Counted from the first letter of the stretch, positions 1-13,400 are shown. The stretch is 64,000 nucleotides of DNA from Eledone cirrhosa (GCA_964016885.1 OZ024743.1:97154001-97218000), one strand, 5' to 3'. Notes: generated by a model from the sequence alone, not told the origin. Translations and numbers: made by a program.

Positions 1-73
<73 letters not shown>

Positions 74-177
74 AATATATATATATATTTATATATATAT
101 ATATATAAATATGTATATATATATATATATATAAATATATATATGTATATACATATATATATATATATAAATATATA

Positions 178-270
<93 letters not shown>

Positions 271-321
271 CATATATATATATGTATATATATATATATA
301 TGTATATACATACACACATGC

Positions 322-354
<33 letters not shown>

Positions 355-391
355 TATGCATGTATATAAACTCACGCACACACACACACAA

Positions 392-420
<29 letters not shown>
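1..420. repeat. (TA)n-rich compound microsatellite
   Basis: Long TA runs with CA interruptions. Similar arrays occur at 16664-16750, 26955-27530, 35636-35710, 40460-40830 and 59160-59290. Confidence 0.95.
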
Positions 421-422
<2 letters not shown>

Positions 423-440
423 CCTACACAGGCGCATATA

Positions 441-518
441 CAGGGTGTCCCCAAAAATGTATACATACTTCAAACGCATAGAAATCAAAGTGTGTATACA
501 TTTTTTTGTGTCACCCTG
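441..518. mobile_element. Tc1/mariner-type mini-MITE
   Basis: Termini CAGGGTGTCCCCAAAAATGTATACA and TGTATACATTTTTTTGTGTCACCCTG, with TA on the left. A related, more diverged copy is at 796-895. Confidence 0.75.
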
Positions 519-956
519 GAGAAAAACATACGCAAATACACACACCCACACGCAGGCATTTATATGTACGTATGTGCGTGTGAGTGAGTATATATATATG
601 TATAGACACATACACCAAACCGATCGCCAGTATTTTGTCTATGTTTTTATGGGTAAGCATTCTAATTCGGAATATGTCTGAGGTGGAGTCTATGAATAAG
701 TATATTATCGTAAATATGTGAGCGAGGCATTGAAAATAGTGGTGCAGTGCCCTCGGCCTCCTTGACAATTGCCCCCCCCCCCCCACACACACACGGAGGG
801 TGTGGCCCCAAAATATATACACACTTTGATTACCTGTACAAGAAATATTTATTAGAATGCTATTGAAGTGTGTATACATTTTTTGGCTACAACTGTTTCT
901 GCACACATGCGCGCGCACACGCACACACACACACACGCACACGCGCGCGCACACAC

Positions 957-1030
<74 letters not shown>

Positions 1031-1050
1031 TATCTTATTTCTCATTCTTT

Positions 1051-1084
1051 CTTGTGATGAAGGACTAGCGTCCGAAACGTTAAG
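1051..1084 (+). ncRNA. Minimal type-I hammerhead ribozyme remnant (Penelope pLTR type)
   Basis: CTT-GTGATGA-A-GGAC(TAGC)GTCC-GAAAC-GTT-AAG, with C3 changed to G. A more decayed relative is at 62269-62302. Confidence 0.65.
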
Positions 1085-1220
1085 TTCCTCTTCCTGCTAT
1101 ATCAAGCGTTAACCTAATATATCCCTTCCATATGTACTGATTGTGTTGTTATTTCTGTTTACCTTTTACATACATACATACATATATATATATATATAAC
1201 AAAGGTATTGTGGTAAGGAA

Positions 1221-1298
1221 CCAGATGGACCATAACGCACCAGAGTACTCAATACTACCCAGATGGACCATAACGCACCAGAGTACTCAATACTACCC
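1221..1298. repeat. About 38-bp tandem duplication
   Basis: CCAGATGGACCATAACGCACCAGAGTACTCAATACTAC x2. Confidence 0.85.
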
Positions 1299-1326
1299 AG
1301 CCTCAGCAAGGGTAGTAGAGTGGGAA

Positions 1327-1437
1327 ATAGGAGAAAGTATGACCCCGACGGCAGAGCTCAAGCCGTTAAGACAGCTATTTCTGGAATTGCCGTCGAAACG
1401 GCTTGAGCTCTGCCATCTTGGTCATACTTTTTCCTAT
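1327..1437. repeat. Fold-back element
   Basis: ATAGGAGAAAGTATGACC..GGCAGAGCTCAAGCCGTT pairs with AACGGCTTGAGCTCTGCC..GGTCATACTTTTTCCTAT. The right arm starts at GTCGAAAC. Confidence 0.8.
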
Positions 1438-1454
1438 ATATATATATATATATA

Positions 1455-1585
1455 TATAGTGAAAAATTGAACGGGAACAAAACAGAGAGGCAGTACGAAC
1501 AAAGGTTTATTAGTTTCACGCTCTTGAGAGTGGGGTGGTGGTGGGGAACGACGTTTCGGGCATAAGCCCTTCTTCAGGCGAAAAA
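1455..1585 (-). mobile_element. Penelope-like pLTR fragment with hammerhead
   Basis: Minus strand reads CGC-CTGAAGA-A-GGGC(TTAT)GCCC-GAAAC-GTC, then AATAAA. The same family occurs at 43503-43603 (+) and 26837-26952 (+). Confidence 0.75.
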
Positions 1586-1835
1586 AAAAAAAAATAAAAA
1601 TAAATAAATATATATATGCCCTTAGATATTTCAGGGCCATACGTGCGCTACACTGGAGGTATCAGCGGGCGCAACTCTCCCTGCCCGTGAGTGTCGGGAA
1701 ACTTCTGAACCCCCTCCCATGATAGGGATCGGGGCCTGGAACCAACTCTTTCATATATATCTATATACTCAAAACGGCGACGAATTAGTTTTGCGAGGTT
1801 TTTTATATGAAATCGTGTGTCGAAACAAATATTGT

Positions 1836-2119
1836 TATACTTGGGGAGGGTCATATTTGTGTAATACTATTACCAGAATTAATAACAGAACACACTCACT
1901 GTTTGGTTGGTTTTCGCTTTGTTAGACTATATATATGTGTTTGTGTCTATATTGTATCTGTATTTTTGACCGTTGGTCAGTTAATGGTAATATTGAGGAC
2001 CGAATAAATTAAATTAACCGATATAAAAGACACAGAAGCGAAAACCAAACAAACAGTGAGTGTGTTCTGTTATTAATTCTGGCAATATTATTACAACAAT
2101 ATGACCCTCCGCAAGTATA
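1836..2119. repeat. Fold-back element with about 85-bp arms
   Basis: TATACTTGGGGAGGGTCATAT...GGTTTTCGCTT is inverted against AAGCGAAAACC...ATATGACCCTCCGCAAGTATA. Confidence 0.85.
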
Positions 2120-2359
2120 TACTTATATATGGAAGAGTAAGGGAATATGAAATAGAGAAAAAGGTAAGTGATGAAGCGGTGGACACGGTGATACCTTTTA
2201 GATATAAGTTTATAGAATGATGAGCACTCAGAAGTCTAAGATTTTATGTAAATAAAAGAATTCTTTTGATTGTGTATCATTTATATATTTATCAAGTGAG
2301 GTAGTTTTATCAAGAGAGCCTTCTGGTGTCCTTAGCTCGTGAAGGACCTCCGTACTCAC

Positions 2360-2446
2360 CACCATCAGCACAGTGTTGGCTACCAGCATGTGTGCGCCTC
2401 GCCAACTGGAATGGCTCAGCCAGGGTGTCTCCCTCACCATCTTCCG
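2360..2446 (-). CDS. Possible 87-nt internal exon of an unidentified gene
   Basis: Acceptor CGTTTCAG and donor GTGAGT flank an open, GC-richer segment (RKMVRETPWLSHSSWRGAHMLVANTVLMV in one frame). No homolog recognised. Confidence 0.35.
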
Positions 2447-2677
2447 CTGAAACGTATTCTCTATTCTGTCTACCGGGGCCGTGGGGTGACCATTTGCTCA
2501 TAATAGTGGGAGATAGGAGGCAGTGACAATAGGAGGCAGTAGCAATAGAAGGCAGTGACAATAGGAGGCAGTGACAATGGGAGTTTGGTCCCTTTTTTGT
2601 TCGGACCTTGTGTTATGTATATATTTCACGGATGCACACTCACACTAATACAGACACATACATATACTCAATTATAA

Positions 2678-2845
2678 AATAATTGTTTCTACTTTTGGCA
2701 CAAGGCCAGCAATTACCCAGTACATTACTGGTACTTTATTTTATCGACCCCGTAAGGATGAAAGGTAAAGTTAACCTTGGCGCGATTTGAACTCAGAATG
2801 GCAAGGGGCGTAACTCTATGCGTCAAAGCATAGTGTCCGACCCTC
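2678..2845 (-). mobile_element. tRNA-derived SINE family 1 (one of about 19 copies)
   Basis: Family consensus has A-box TGGCAGTATCGG, B-box GAGTTCAAATCC, core TTGCCTTTCATCCTTACGGGGTCGATAAAA and tail GGCCTTGTGCCAAAAGTAGAAACAATTATT. Other minus copies: 4362-4535, 4615-4755, 7985-8175, 10550-10712, 19737-19920, 32500-32685, 39688-39832, 39888-39988, 48981-49172, 58845-58985. Confidence 0.9.
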
Positions 2846-3529
2846 ATTATAAAATAATAACAACAAAACTGTCTACTGGTAATTTAATTGACATTAACCA
2901 TAGATTGAAAAACATAGCCCAGTTTTTACCATATTCAATGCTCAACTATACAAAATGTTATACTTTGACAGAGTAGCTATGTATTTTCAAGTTATTTCCC
3001 TTGTAACATGTGAAAAATATGAATTTTTACATTTGTAACTTTCCGCCAAGCTGCGAATTGGTTAGAACGTCGGATAGAAAGCGTTGCGTTATTCGTTCTG
3101 GCTGTCCAGGCTCCGAGTTCAAATCCCGTTGAGGTCAATTTTCATCCTTTCGAGGTCGATAAATAAAGTACTTGTCTAGTACTGAAGTCGATTCTTCTCC
3201 CCGTCTCTCTCTCTGTAAGGTACCGAGTATGTTCAGAACTGGAGATGGATGGGCTCTGCCAGGTTTAAATGGCACGTCGGCGCCCTTAAGACTGACTCTG
3301 TCTGAGGTTATGGGCCTGTCAGGTTATATATACATGAACTTTCCGACTGTGTGACTTCTGAATGAAAACATGAAATGTTCAAACAATTTACAATCGACAC
3401 CTGCAACAAAGAACGGAGTATTTAATTATGTACTCCTTCCAAATGTTCCCTCTAGTGATCCAGCCATGTATTATTTCTAGCATATCGTTTCTAGAATTAG
3501 TTAATTCAATGTTTACTTCGTGGGAGGGG

Positions 3530-3880
3530 CCACTTCATGGTCAAACGGTTAAGTGCTTAGTTTCACTAGTATTAAGTCCCGGCCACGGTCCTTCTACGTA
3601 GCATATTAGGCACGTGTGATTTACTGTAACCTCGGGACAACTCATACCTTGTGAGTGGACTTGGATAGTCGGAAACTGTCTAGGCCGTGGGATGGGCTTT
3701 ATCTGTACTTCAAAAGGCCAGCTTTGTCACATCCACTGTCACCTGAATCTCCCCCAGAATTACGTTAAGGGCCTACTTATCTATGATATGCTCAGCCACT
3801 TACATTTCAGGAGCAGGTTGTTCCGTTGATCAAACTGGAACACTCATCGTCGAAACTGATGGAGCTCCATCTATCGACTT
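3530..3880 (+). mobile_element. Second, older tRNA-derived SINE family
   Basis: Shared blocks TTGTGAGTGGA..GGAAACTG and TCAAAGGG.CAGCCTTGT..CTGAATCTCCC.GAGAATTACG. Related copies at about 4195-4350, 11850-12165, 12815-13070, 13095-13445 and 21950-22225 (-). Confidence 0.7.
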
Positions 3881-5179
3881 TGTGAGAAATATTAACGCTA
3901 AATCCAATAGTTAGCAGGACATCTGTATATTTGTTGTTAATTTGTTAGGTATATACATTTTATAACACGTGTGTATGTATGTGTGTTGCTGGATAGGAAG
4001 TTGTGTATATGGAGTTTGGTACACAGGTATGTATATGGGGGTAGCATGGTAGGTGTGTGTGTGTGTGTGAGTGTATGTAGTTTGGAGACATATGTGAGTG
4101 TATGTATGTGCGATTGTATGTATGTAGATTGTTACACAAATGCATATGTAACCTGTCTGAGTGTGGTTTTTTAGACAGGTTTGTGAAGCCTGTTTTAGTG
4201 GTTGTAGTGTTGGGCTCACAATCATAAGGTTGTGAGTTTGGTTCCCGGCGGAGTATTGTAAACTTTACGTTGATTAAAATGAGTTGTATCTGTAATTCAA
4301 AGGACCTGTTGTATCAGGTACTGTTACGCTGAATCTCATTGAGCACTATGTTAAAATAATAATAATTGTTTCTACTTTTGGCACAAGGCCTGCAATGATC
4401 TCAGTGCATTACTGGTACTTCATTTTATCGACCCCGTAAGGATGAAAGGCAAAGTTAACCTCGTCGGGATTTGAACTCAGAATGTAAAGGGCCGTAACTC
4501 TATGCTCCACAGCATCGCGTCCGATCCTCTACCGATAAAATACTAATGATGAAAATTATTGTGTACAGTGCTCAGGTGTACTACAACTCATCAAAGCTGC
4601 ATGAATAGTACATAAAATAATTGTTTCTACTTTTGGCACAAGGCCAGCAATTATTCCAGTGTATTACTGGTACTTTATTTCATCGACCCCGTAAGGATGA
4701 AAGGCAAAGTTAACCTCGGTGAGATTTGAACTCAGAACGTAAAGGGCCGTAATTTAATGTCTGGAAAGTGAACAGTGTATGAGTCATGATATACAGACAC
4801 ACACACACACATGTATGGGTGTGTACAGAGGGGGAATATCAGGTGTAGCGTTGGGGAATTAGGGCAGGATGGTAGTTTTGAAGGATGCACTTGTCTGTGG
4901 AATGCTCAGTTGTTCCAGCAACTAGGACATGCATCGTCGGAATTAACGGAGGTCCCAAAACGACAAGACGTGCGTTCATGTGTTTGCTTGCTCGCGGTAG
5001 ATGGTGGACATATCTATGTGTGTGTGTGTGTGTGTATGTATAGTATGTTAGACAGATGTGTGGTCATGAAGAGTGTGTATTTGAAGTGTGTGTGTGAGTG
5101 TATATATGTTAGACAGATGTGTGGGCATGAAGAGTGTGTATTTGAAGTGTGTGTGTGTGAGTGTATATATATATATATA

Positions 5180-5842
5180 CAGGGTGGCACAACAAATTTG
5201 ACATCATTTCGCAAGCCAAGAATTTTGGCAATTCTTGTTGAAATAACCTCAAATTTTCACAGAATGTATAGAAACAGATCAAGATTTTATATTTAATGTT
5301 TTATATTTTTCTCTTCTCAGGTTGAGAAATGCTGTTCACTTCCAAAGAAAAGTCATTTTGCGTCTTGGAATATGCTCGAACACAGTCACCCAAGACTGTG
5401 CAGCATGCCTTCAATGCAAAATTTGGAAAATGGTGACCAACTGGCAAACAGTATCCTCAGGATACGCCAAACCGTCATTCGAGGAATCTGGGTTTCCAAA
5501 CTTGTTCTCCTTACGGACTTCTTGGGGCTTCGCAAAAGTTTTTCACGAACTTGCTCGACCTTCTCTTCTGATGTTGATGATGGTCTTCCAGATCCTTTAG
5601 CCCTGCATAAGCAGCTTTCCTCTTTAGACTTTTGGTATCAGGTCCAAATTTGTTTGCCAGTTGGTTACCTTTTTCCAAATTTTGCATTGAAGGCATTTCT
5701 CAACCTGAAAAGAGAAAAATATAAAACATTACATATAAAATCTTGATCTGTTTCTATACATTCTGTGAAAATTTGAGGTTATTTCAACAAGAATGGCCAA
5801 AATTCTTGGCCTGCGAAATGATGTCAAATTTTTTGGGACACC

Positions 5843-5845
<3 letters not shown>
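5180..5845 (-). mobile_element. Internally deleted Tc1/mariner element with long TIRs
   Basis: TA|CAGGGTG...CACCCTG|TA termini with inverted arms over 200 bp. The internal minus strand encodes the transposase HTH remnant GSGRPSSTSEEKVEQVREKLLRSPKKSVRRTSLETQIPRMTVWRIL. Confidence 0.9.
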
Positions 5846-5894
<49 letters not shown>

Positions 5895-6058
5895 TTTAAT
5901 TATATCTCATAAAATAATACAACTGGTTTTTCCACATAAGACATATTGTTAGCACCCCAAACACTTAAATTGGGTTTATATTTTAATATAACCTAATGTT
6001 TGTTGAGTGAGATGGTTACCAGTCAGAGTTTAGCTTTAAACTATCTCTGTTATTGTAT

Positions 6059-6105
<47 letters not shown>

Positions 6106-6214
6106 GTGTGTGTGTGTGTGAGTGAGTGTAATATCTTCAGCATGTGTGGTTATGTGTGTGCATGTGTGTGTGTAATGTGGTTGACAACAGTCTGTGCGTG
6201 TGATGTGCTAGATA

Positions 6215-6690
6215 TGTATGTGTGTTACACAGGTGTGTATATAGTGTGTTCCACAGGTGTGTATATATCTAGTGTGTTACACAGGTGTGTATATGTATGT
6301 GTGTTACACAGGTGTGTATATAGTGTGTTACACAGGTGTGTATATAGTGTGTATATATCTAGTGTGTTACACAGGTGTGTATATATCTAGTGTGTTACAC
6401 AGTTGTGTATATATATATATGTGTTACACAGGTGTGTATATAGTGTTACGCAGGTGTGTATATATCTAGTGTGTTACACAGGTGTATATATATATATATG
6501 TGTTACACAGGTGTATATATATTGTGTTATACAGGTGTGTATATATATGTAGTGTTACACAGGTGTATATATATTTAGTGTTACACAGGTGTGTATATAG
6601 TGTGTTATACAGGTGTGTATATATATATAGTGTTTCACAGGTGTATATATATGTAGTGTTGCACAGGTGTGTATATATGTAGTCTGGTAT
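6215..6690. repeat. Minisatellite with core TGTTACACAGGTGT and variable TA-rich spacers
   Basis: More than 15 cores separated by (TA)n/TAGTG spacers of differing length. Confidence 0.85.
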
Positions 6691-6739
6691 ACAAGGGTGT
6701 GTGTATGTATGAATGCTTCTATATTAGATACGTGTGTTT

Positions 6740-6860
6740 GTGTATGTGTAATGAGTTAGACGAGTGTATGTATGTGTAATGTGTTAGACGAGTGTATGTA
6801 TGTGTAATGTGTTAGACGAGTGTATGTATGTGTAATGTGTTAGACGAGTGTATGTATGTG
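6740..6860. repeat. 28-bp tandem repeat x4
   Basis: TGTGTAATGTGTTAGACGAGTGTATGTA units at 28-bp spacing. Confidence 0.9.
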
Positions 6861-6906
6861 CAGTTTATATGTATGTAATTGGTTATGCGGTTACGTTTAT
6901 TTACTA

Positions 6907-6934
6907 CTAGCAGTGGTACCCGGCGTTCCACGGG
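6907..6934 (-). mobile_element. Helitron 3' terminus (element extends rightward, extent unclear)
   Basis: Minus strand CCCGTGGAACGCCGGG hairpin followed by TACCACTG-CTAG|T, the classic Helitron end. Confidence 0.7.
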
Positions 6935-8964
6935 ATAAGGTATTTTGGATAACTATTAAAAATAAAGAACTAGCTGTGAAATCTCCCTTAAACTACACAC
7001 TATTATCTTAAAATAAGGACACGTTGGATAATGGGGTCTTCGATATGCATTTCAAGGCTTATTTTTCAAAGATCGTTGAATACTGGAGACACATTTTTTT
7101 ACCAGGGATACAAAACTAATTTATCTTGCCAGTTTGATGAAGTTTACAATATGGAATCGGTTCGTGTGCCGTGAAGAGAAACGAATTTCAAAGTTTCCGA
7201 CAGTCTTTAGTTGGAGAAGAATACAATTTTTTCAACTTTTACAATTAGATTTTTCAATAATCTTTGTCGTTTCTTACTAGTATCGTGTTTCATATGAGCT
7301 AAGTGGGATCTGCTTAGTTTAAAAATATATATTAGAAAATAATTATGAAATATATTTTTCAAAATTTAGAATATTATAACTTATAAAATACATTTCTTTT
7401 TTCGGGGGTGTCACCTCTTGTTTAGTAGTTGGCAAGGGTTGATGTTGGAATCTCAGAATCGTTCTATGAGTAGGCGTAAAATCATGAACCTTCTTGCGAG
7501 GAGGTACTGGGGTTCCTAATCCTCTTTAGCTCAGAACGTAGTTGCTTTAACCCTGTTAAAATGATCTGAATATGTGTATCTAGAAAGTTCCTCTCTCAGC
7601 CTAGATCTACTCAAGCTGTTACCAAGGGAAAGGCAAGGCCGATAACACTTTTCCTTTGTGACATTGCAGGCATTGCCATCAAAACGCAAAAAACCGTAAC
7701 AGATAAGGAACGCTGTTCTATCAGTTCCACTAATCCATCGGTATGATGTTTTAACTAGCCACATATTTCGTGATAATTGAAAGGTGCTGATCGTTTGATC
7801 GTACAAAGAAAATAATATTTCCATTTGTCTTTCTGTTGTTGATTCTATCTACTGGTCACTGCTTCTGTTAAAAAGAGGTGTGATTTGAACTCAGAACTCA
7901 CATGGCCGGGTACGACATAGCAGAGCACACTGTCCAACTCATTAACAACCGTTGTCCTGGAATAGTGTTTTATTTATTGACCCTAAAATAATTGTTTCTA
8001 CTTATGGCACAAGGCCAGTAATTACCCAGTACATTACTGATACTTTATTTTATCGACCCCATAAGGATGAAAGGCAAAGTTAAGCTCGGCGCGATTTGAA
8101 CTCAGAAAGTAAGGGACGTAACTCTGCTGCAAAGCATGGCGCCTGACCCTCTATTGATACTGCCAATTCACCACCTTGCTAGAAAGACAAAGTAGATTTG
8201 AACTCAAAAGGCAGTGAACCGGAACAAATACCGTAGCTTTTAATCCAACGCTTTAATGACTGTCGTAGTAAATTTGTAAATTAAAGAAACAAAGTGTAGT
8301 TTGTCTTTACAGAGCCTTTGCTTCAAATTTGAACCCAAACAAAGAGATCATCAGTAGATTGTAACGTATAGTGCTACGTCTTTTTCCAAGAATATAGTTC
8401 ATTCAAACTTTGATCCTAAATATTTGAAATAGACCTAAACATGTCTGTAATTGTTCCTTGCATGAAACCAAAATGTCGGACCTTTTGCTTTAAGTATGTT
8501 ATCTTGGAGAGGGATTAATTTCCATTTTCTTGAAATTATCTCCTGGGAGCGGCTAACTGTCAATGGGTGTTTGTTTTCCTACTTCAAATATGAGGGACAT
8601 TTTTATGAACTGATATATTCTGTCGTACGGTATTAATTGCATCACCACCGACCTAACATATCCACATTTATGTCATTGATCAATTCAAGTTATTTTCCTT
8701 AGCTTACCTTATTTTCATCCGGACAGGTTCGTATAATCTTGCTGTTCCAATGAAAGGCTATTTTAGGTACTGGATTTGTAAACTCCCCACTGATAGACCA
8801 TAAATATGCTCTTCGTTTTGTATTCTTTATTCACATTGATGTCAAATAGGCAACCGACTTTTACAGCAGTGTATGCTTTTAGTTTCTCAAATCAAACAAT
8901 ACAAAGTCTGTTGTTATTTCTAGCTTCTATCAATCTCAATGCAGTCGTCTTTACTTGTTTATAA

Positions 8965-9157
8965 GGGTGGTGGATTGGCAGTTTCGGTCGAGAGTCCGAC
9001 GCTATGCTTTACAGCATAGAGTTACGGCCCTTTACTTTCTGAGTTCAAATACCGCCGAGGTTAACTTTGCCTTTGATCCTTACGGGGTCGATAAAATAAA
9101 GTACCAGTAATGTACTGGGATAATTACTGGCCTTGTGCCAAAAGTAGAAGCAATTAT
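8965..9157 (+). mobile_element. tRNA-SINE family 1, full-length
   Basis: Complete head to tail with TSD-like TTACTTGTTTAT on both sides. Other plus copies: 10041-10220, 11505-11687, 50881-51045, 57385-57580. Confidence 0.9.
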
Positions 9158-10243
9158 TACTTGTTTATTTCTTACTTTATTCCGGATTGGTCGGGTTACC
9201 GTGCCATGCCTCATGTATAGTATACTCTTCATGCCTCGTGTATAGTATACTCTGCCTCGAAATAGTATATACTGCTGACTTTTACCTTTTGTACCAAAGA
9301 CACTAAATAGATGAGGGTGTATTTCAAACTAAATTGTACTGAGGTAACCTCCAAGGTAATTTATAAACTTGTTGGTACTCCAGATAAGTGGTGTTACATA
9401 GTATGGTGGATCAAAGAGGTGGACTCACCATCGGTTGCAGATATGAAAGAGCGTAAAATGGTCTCTGTCCTATCATGCTTATTAAGATGGGAACGACAAA
9501 AGAGTCGTTACCAACGGGCTCTAATAACCATTGCTCCACCACTGCTCCAGATCTGAGGTGTGGTTTTGATTTCTAGTCAAATGGTGAGTTTTGCCAATGT
9601 TCTTTCGTAGATAACTGTGTCTGATTTTATTTTCTGCTTCTCATTAAATTCCTTGGCTATATTTATAGTGTTGTTAGTTTTATGTATCTAAACTTAAGTG
9701 AGTTTGCAGTTGAGTTCCTTTCTCTGCTGCATATTTTGCTTCAGCTTTACTATTTATGAAGTCACTCTCTCTGTTTTCCAAAGGGGTAAAGTAGCTACCT
9801 AGTAACACTGAAGAGAAAGCAAATATAGGAGTCATCTTTACAGATGACTCCTTCATTTGCTTTCTGATATGAGGGTTACAAACGATGTGCTTGTTGCGTT
9901 ATGTATTTTATCCTCCTATGATATTCAATGTCTTTGGAAAATTCCCGTCATATCTAATGTGTTTTTCTTATATGAAATAGTTATAACCCTCACCTCGAAG
10001 TATCGGCTATATTTTTAGGCCGTATTATTGTTTTAGCCTTAGGCGGTGGATTGGCAGTATCGGTAGAGGGTAGGATACCATACTTTGACGCATAGAGTTA
10101 CGGCCCTTTCCATTCTGAGTTCAAATCCCGCCGAGGTTAACTTTGCCTTTCATCCTTACGGGGTCGATAAAATAAAATACCAGTAATGCACTGGGTATGT
10201 GCAGGCCTTGTGCCAAAAGTAGGTTGTTTTACCCTTAATGCGC

Positions 10244-10435
10244 ATTTCATCAACCAAACTGCCTTCCAATGTCTGTGACATGTTAAATGATGTGAATCAA
10301 CACCTTATTTCATCAACCAAACTACCTTCCAATGTCTGTGACATGTTAAATGATGTGAATCAACACCTTATTTGATCAACCAAACTACTTTCCAATGTCT
10401 GTGACATGTTAAATGATGTGAATCAACACCTTATT
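10244..10435. repeat. 63-bp tandem repeat x3
   Basis: ATTTCATCAACCAAACT.CCTTCCAATGTCTGTGACATGTTAAATGATGTGAATCAACACCTT repeated three times. Confidence 0.9.
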
Positions 10436-13400
10436 GACAATTTTAATACTCGCCTCATATAGTTTCACGTTGTCTAAAAAGAAAACACAAGAGATATTTC
10501 TTATTTGGGGTGTCTAATTCTATAAACTGCATGTTTTGTAAACTAATAATAATTGTTTCTACTTTTCGCACAATTACCCAGTGCATTACTGGTACTTTAT
10601 TTTATCGACCCCCGTAAGGATGAAAGACAAAGTTAACTTCGGCCCGATTTGAACTCAGAATGGTAAGGGCCGTAACTCTATGCGTCAAAGCATGGCGCCC
10701 GACCCTCTACCGATTAATGAATTCAACGAGAGACCAAAATGCAGAGGTGTCAGCTCTACAAGTTGTCATTGCTTGATGTCAGAAATAATTGGCCTGTTCT
10801 CACATCTCAGCCATAAAATGTTATACCATTTCTTGGTTAACTGCTCAATAGTATAGACGACAAATTGGCAGAGCCGTCAGAGCGTCGGATTAAATGCCTT
10901 TGTATTTGATTCTTTGCGATCTGAATTCAAATTTCAACGAGGTAAATTTTTCTTTTGTTCCTTTCAGGTTCGATAAATAAAGTTACACTCTGGCGGTTGA
11001 GGATTGGTAGAATCATTAAAGAGTCAAGGTGAATAACTTTCGGTATCTGTTCTCGCTTTGAGCGTTGTGAAATCAAATCTCGCCTCATGTCACCTGCAAA
11101 ATGATGATACTTCTGTCAGAAATTACGATCGATACATAGTACACCCCATCCCCACCAGGCTGAGTTCTTTTGGAAAGTAATTCGCATTAAAAAGCAATTA
11201 GGAATATTCACAAATTCTAGTTGAAATCTGTTCATGGCGTTTCTTATACTGCTGTAAGTTACTGGTTGTTCTTACCTAGCTAATTGTAATGCTTTGTTAG
11301 ACCATCCATGTACTAGGCAATTAAAAGCTTTCTCATAGTTTCTCATAGTTTAGTGCCCCAGCATGGCCTCAGCCGGATGGCTGAAACAGGTAAAAGAGTA
11401 AAAGAGTTATGTTGCAACAACCCAAAATATGTGGTACTTTATTGCTTGTTCATGGAATATTTTCATATGTCGCTGTTCTATACAGTTTCATACTTCGGTA
11501 TCTCTGGCAGAATCGGTAGAGAGTCGGACACTACGCTTTGTAGCATAGAGTTATGGCCCTTTCTGGTCTGAGTTCAAATCCCGCCGAGGTCAACTTTGCC
11601 TTTCATCTTTACGGGGTCGATAAAATAAAGTACCAGTAATACACTGGAATAATTGCTGGCCTTGTGCTAAAAGTAGAAATAATTATTCTTCGTACATTTC
11701 ATAACATATAATACACACATTGTACATATACTTGATGTGGTGGATGGGATTATTCAGTCTGGGCAGTTTGATTATTTTCGGAAATGGAAAAATTCAGGAT
11801 GATTAACAACTTCATACTCTCGTCATACTCTCGTCATACTCTCGTTCACAACAGTTATGAACACCGGGTTCGAATACTGTGAGTGGTGTCTTGGACAAGT
11901 GATTTCACCATAAGTGTGGGTTGATCTAATCCTTGTGATTTAAATTGGGTAGATGGGAACTGCATGGAAGGCTGTCGATGGATTGTACCTGTAATTCAAA
12001 GGTTCAGCCTTGTTATATGTTGTATCATGTTGATGCGGTTTAGAAATTCCGATAATCATACCGGTGTCATTGAATGTTGAACCACGTACACGTTAATTCA
12101 TGAGTTGGACGTTCAACTGATCAAACAACTGAATGCACATTACTGAAATTGACGAAGAATCCAACGTAAAATATGAACAGATCCCTGCAATAAATATTCA
12201 CCAATACACGGTTATAAAATATGGGTTTAAGCTTTTTTTGTTCTGTAGTTGTTCATTATAGATATTTTAGCAATACTAACGTTATTTATTACAACTTTTC
12301 AACATATTTGGCGTATTTCTCCTCTAGCTCTTCCCTCTATTCAGCTTGCATGTGAAACTCGAGTTATAGATTTCCAGTAGCTTTGAATTTTTTTTCTTTT
12401 GATACAATATTTTTTCACAGTAATTGTATAGTTTACGCTGAAGCAACGATATAGTGATTTAAAGGCTTTTGACGAACAAACCATTCAGCATGTTGCGTTT
12501 GTAATACGTCGATTTATATTTCACTCACTTCAGCTGTGACTGTTAGTTTCTCGTTTCAACTTAGGTAATCTATATTTTCCGGTTTCAAATTTCGTGTTCC
12601 CAAACTGTTTTTACAAGCTTTTCGCTTATTCGTTTTTGATGTTCTGAGAACGTGTTAGCTATACTAAATTTCATAACTACGGCAATACGCGATATGTATA
12701 TATCCAGCTATGATATTTTGATATTTCAAATTGTGAGCTCTTGTTTAGCTGAATATATTTACATGTATCCTTGCAATGAATTGGTATTGCGATTACTGAC
12801 ACATACATAAGAAAGTCTAAAGTACACACGTGGGCGAATGGTATAGACGTTTTTTTCCCAATCATGAGATTCTAGGTTTGATCCGTCTGCCTGGAACTTT
12901 CAGCAATTGTATTCTACAATAATCTTTATTTGATCTCTTTGAATGGTGAAAACTATAGAATCGAGTAGAAAGGACCCTGCTTTCAATAGAAACGGCCAGC
13001 ATCGTCACATATTGTGTCACGCTGATTCTGCTGGTCTTTCTCCAAGCATAAGTTGACCCGACGATTGTCGTATACAAACTATTAGTTATCTACAGTGGAC
13101 GTACTATAGTCAAATGGCTAAGAAGTTCACATCACAATCTTTAAGTCTCCGGTTAAAACTTATTGCGTGGCATCATGGATAAGTGTGATATACCAAACCT
13201 CGGGTTGAGGAAGCCTTGTGACTGAACTGGATACGCTGAAACTGTATAGAAACCAGTCGGATGGACTCTTCCTATAATTCAAAGGGTCAGCCTTGTTACA
13301 CAAGATGTCACATTGAATTTCCCTGAGAATTACGTGAAGGGTGCAAATGTCTGAGAAATGTTCAACCTCTTTAATTTCCCGAATGCAGTGGTCTGTGCAT

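Noticed and set aside
89-611. [18 protein letters not shown] and ERERER ORFs throughout the track
   Set aside because: Translations of dinucleotide and tetranucleotide microsatellites.
10041-10135. tRNA genes
   Set aside because: A/B boxes belong to SINE heads that continue into SINE core and tail; no proper cloverleaf.
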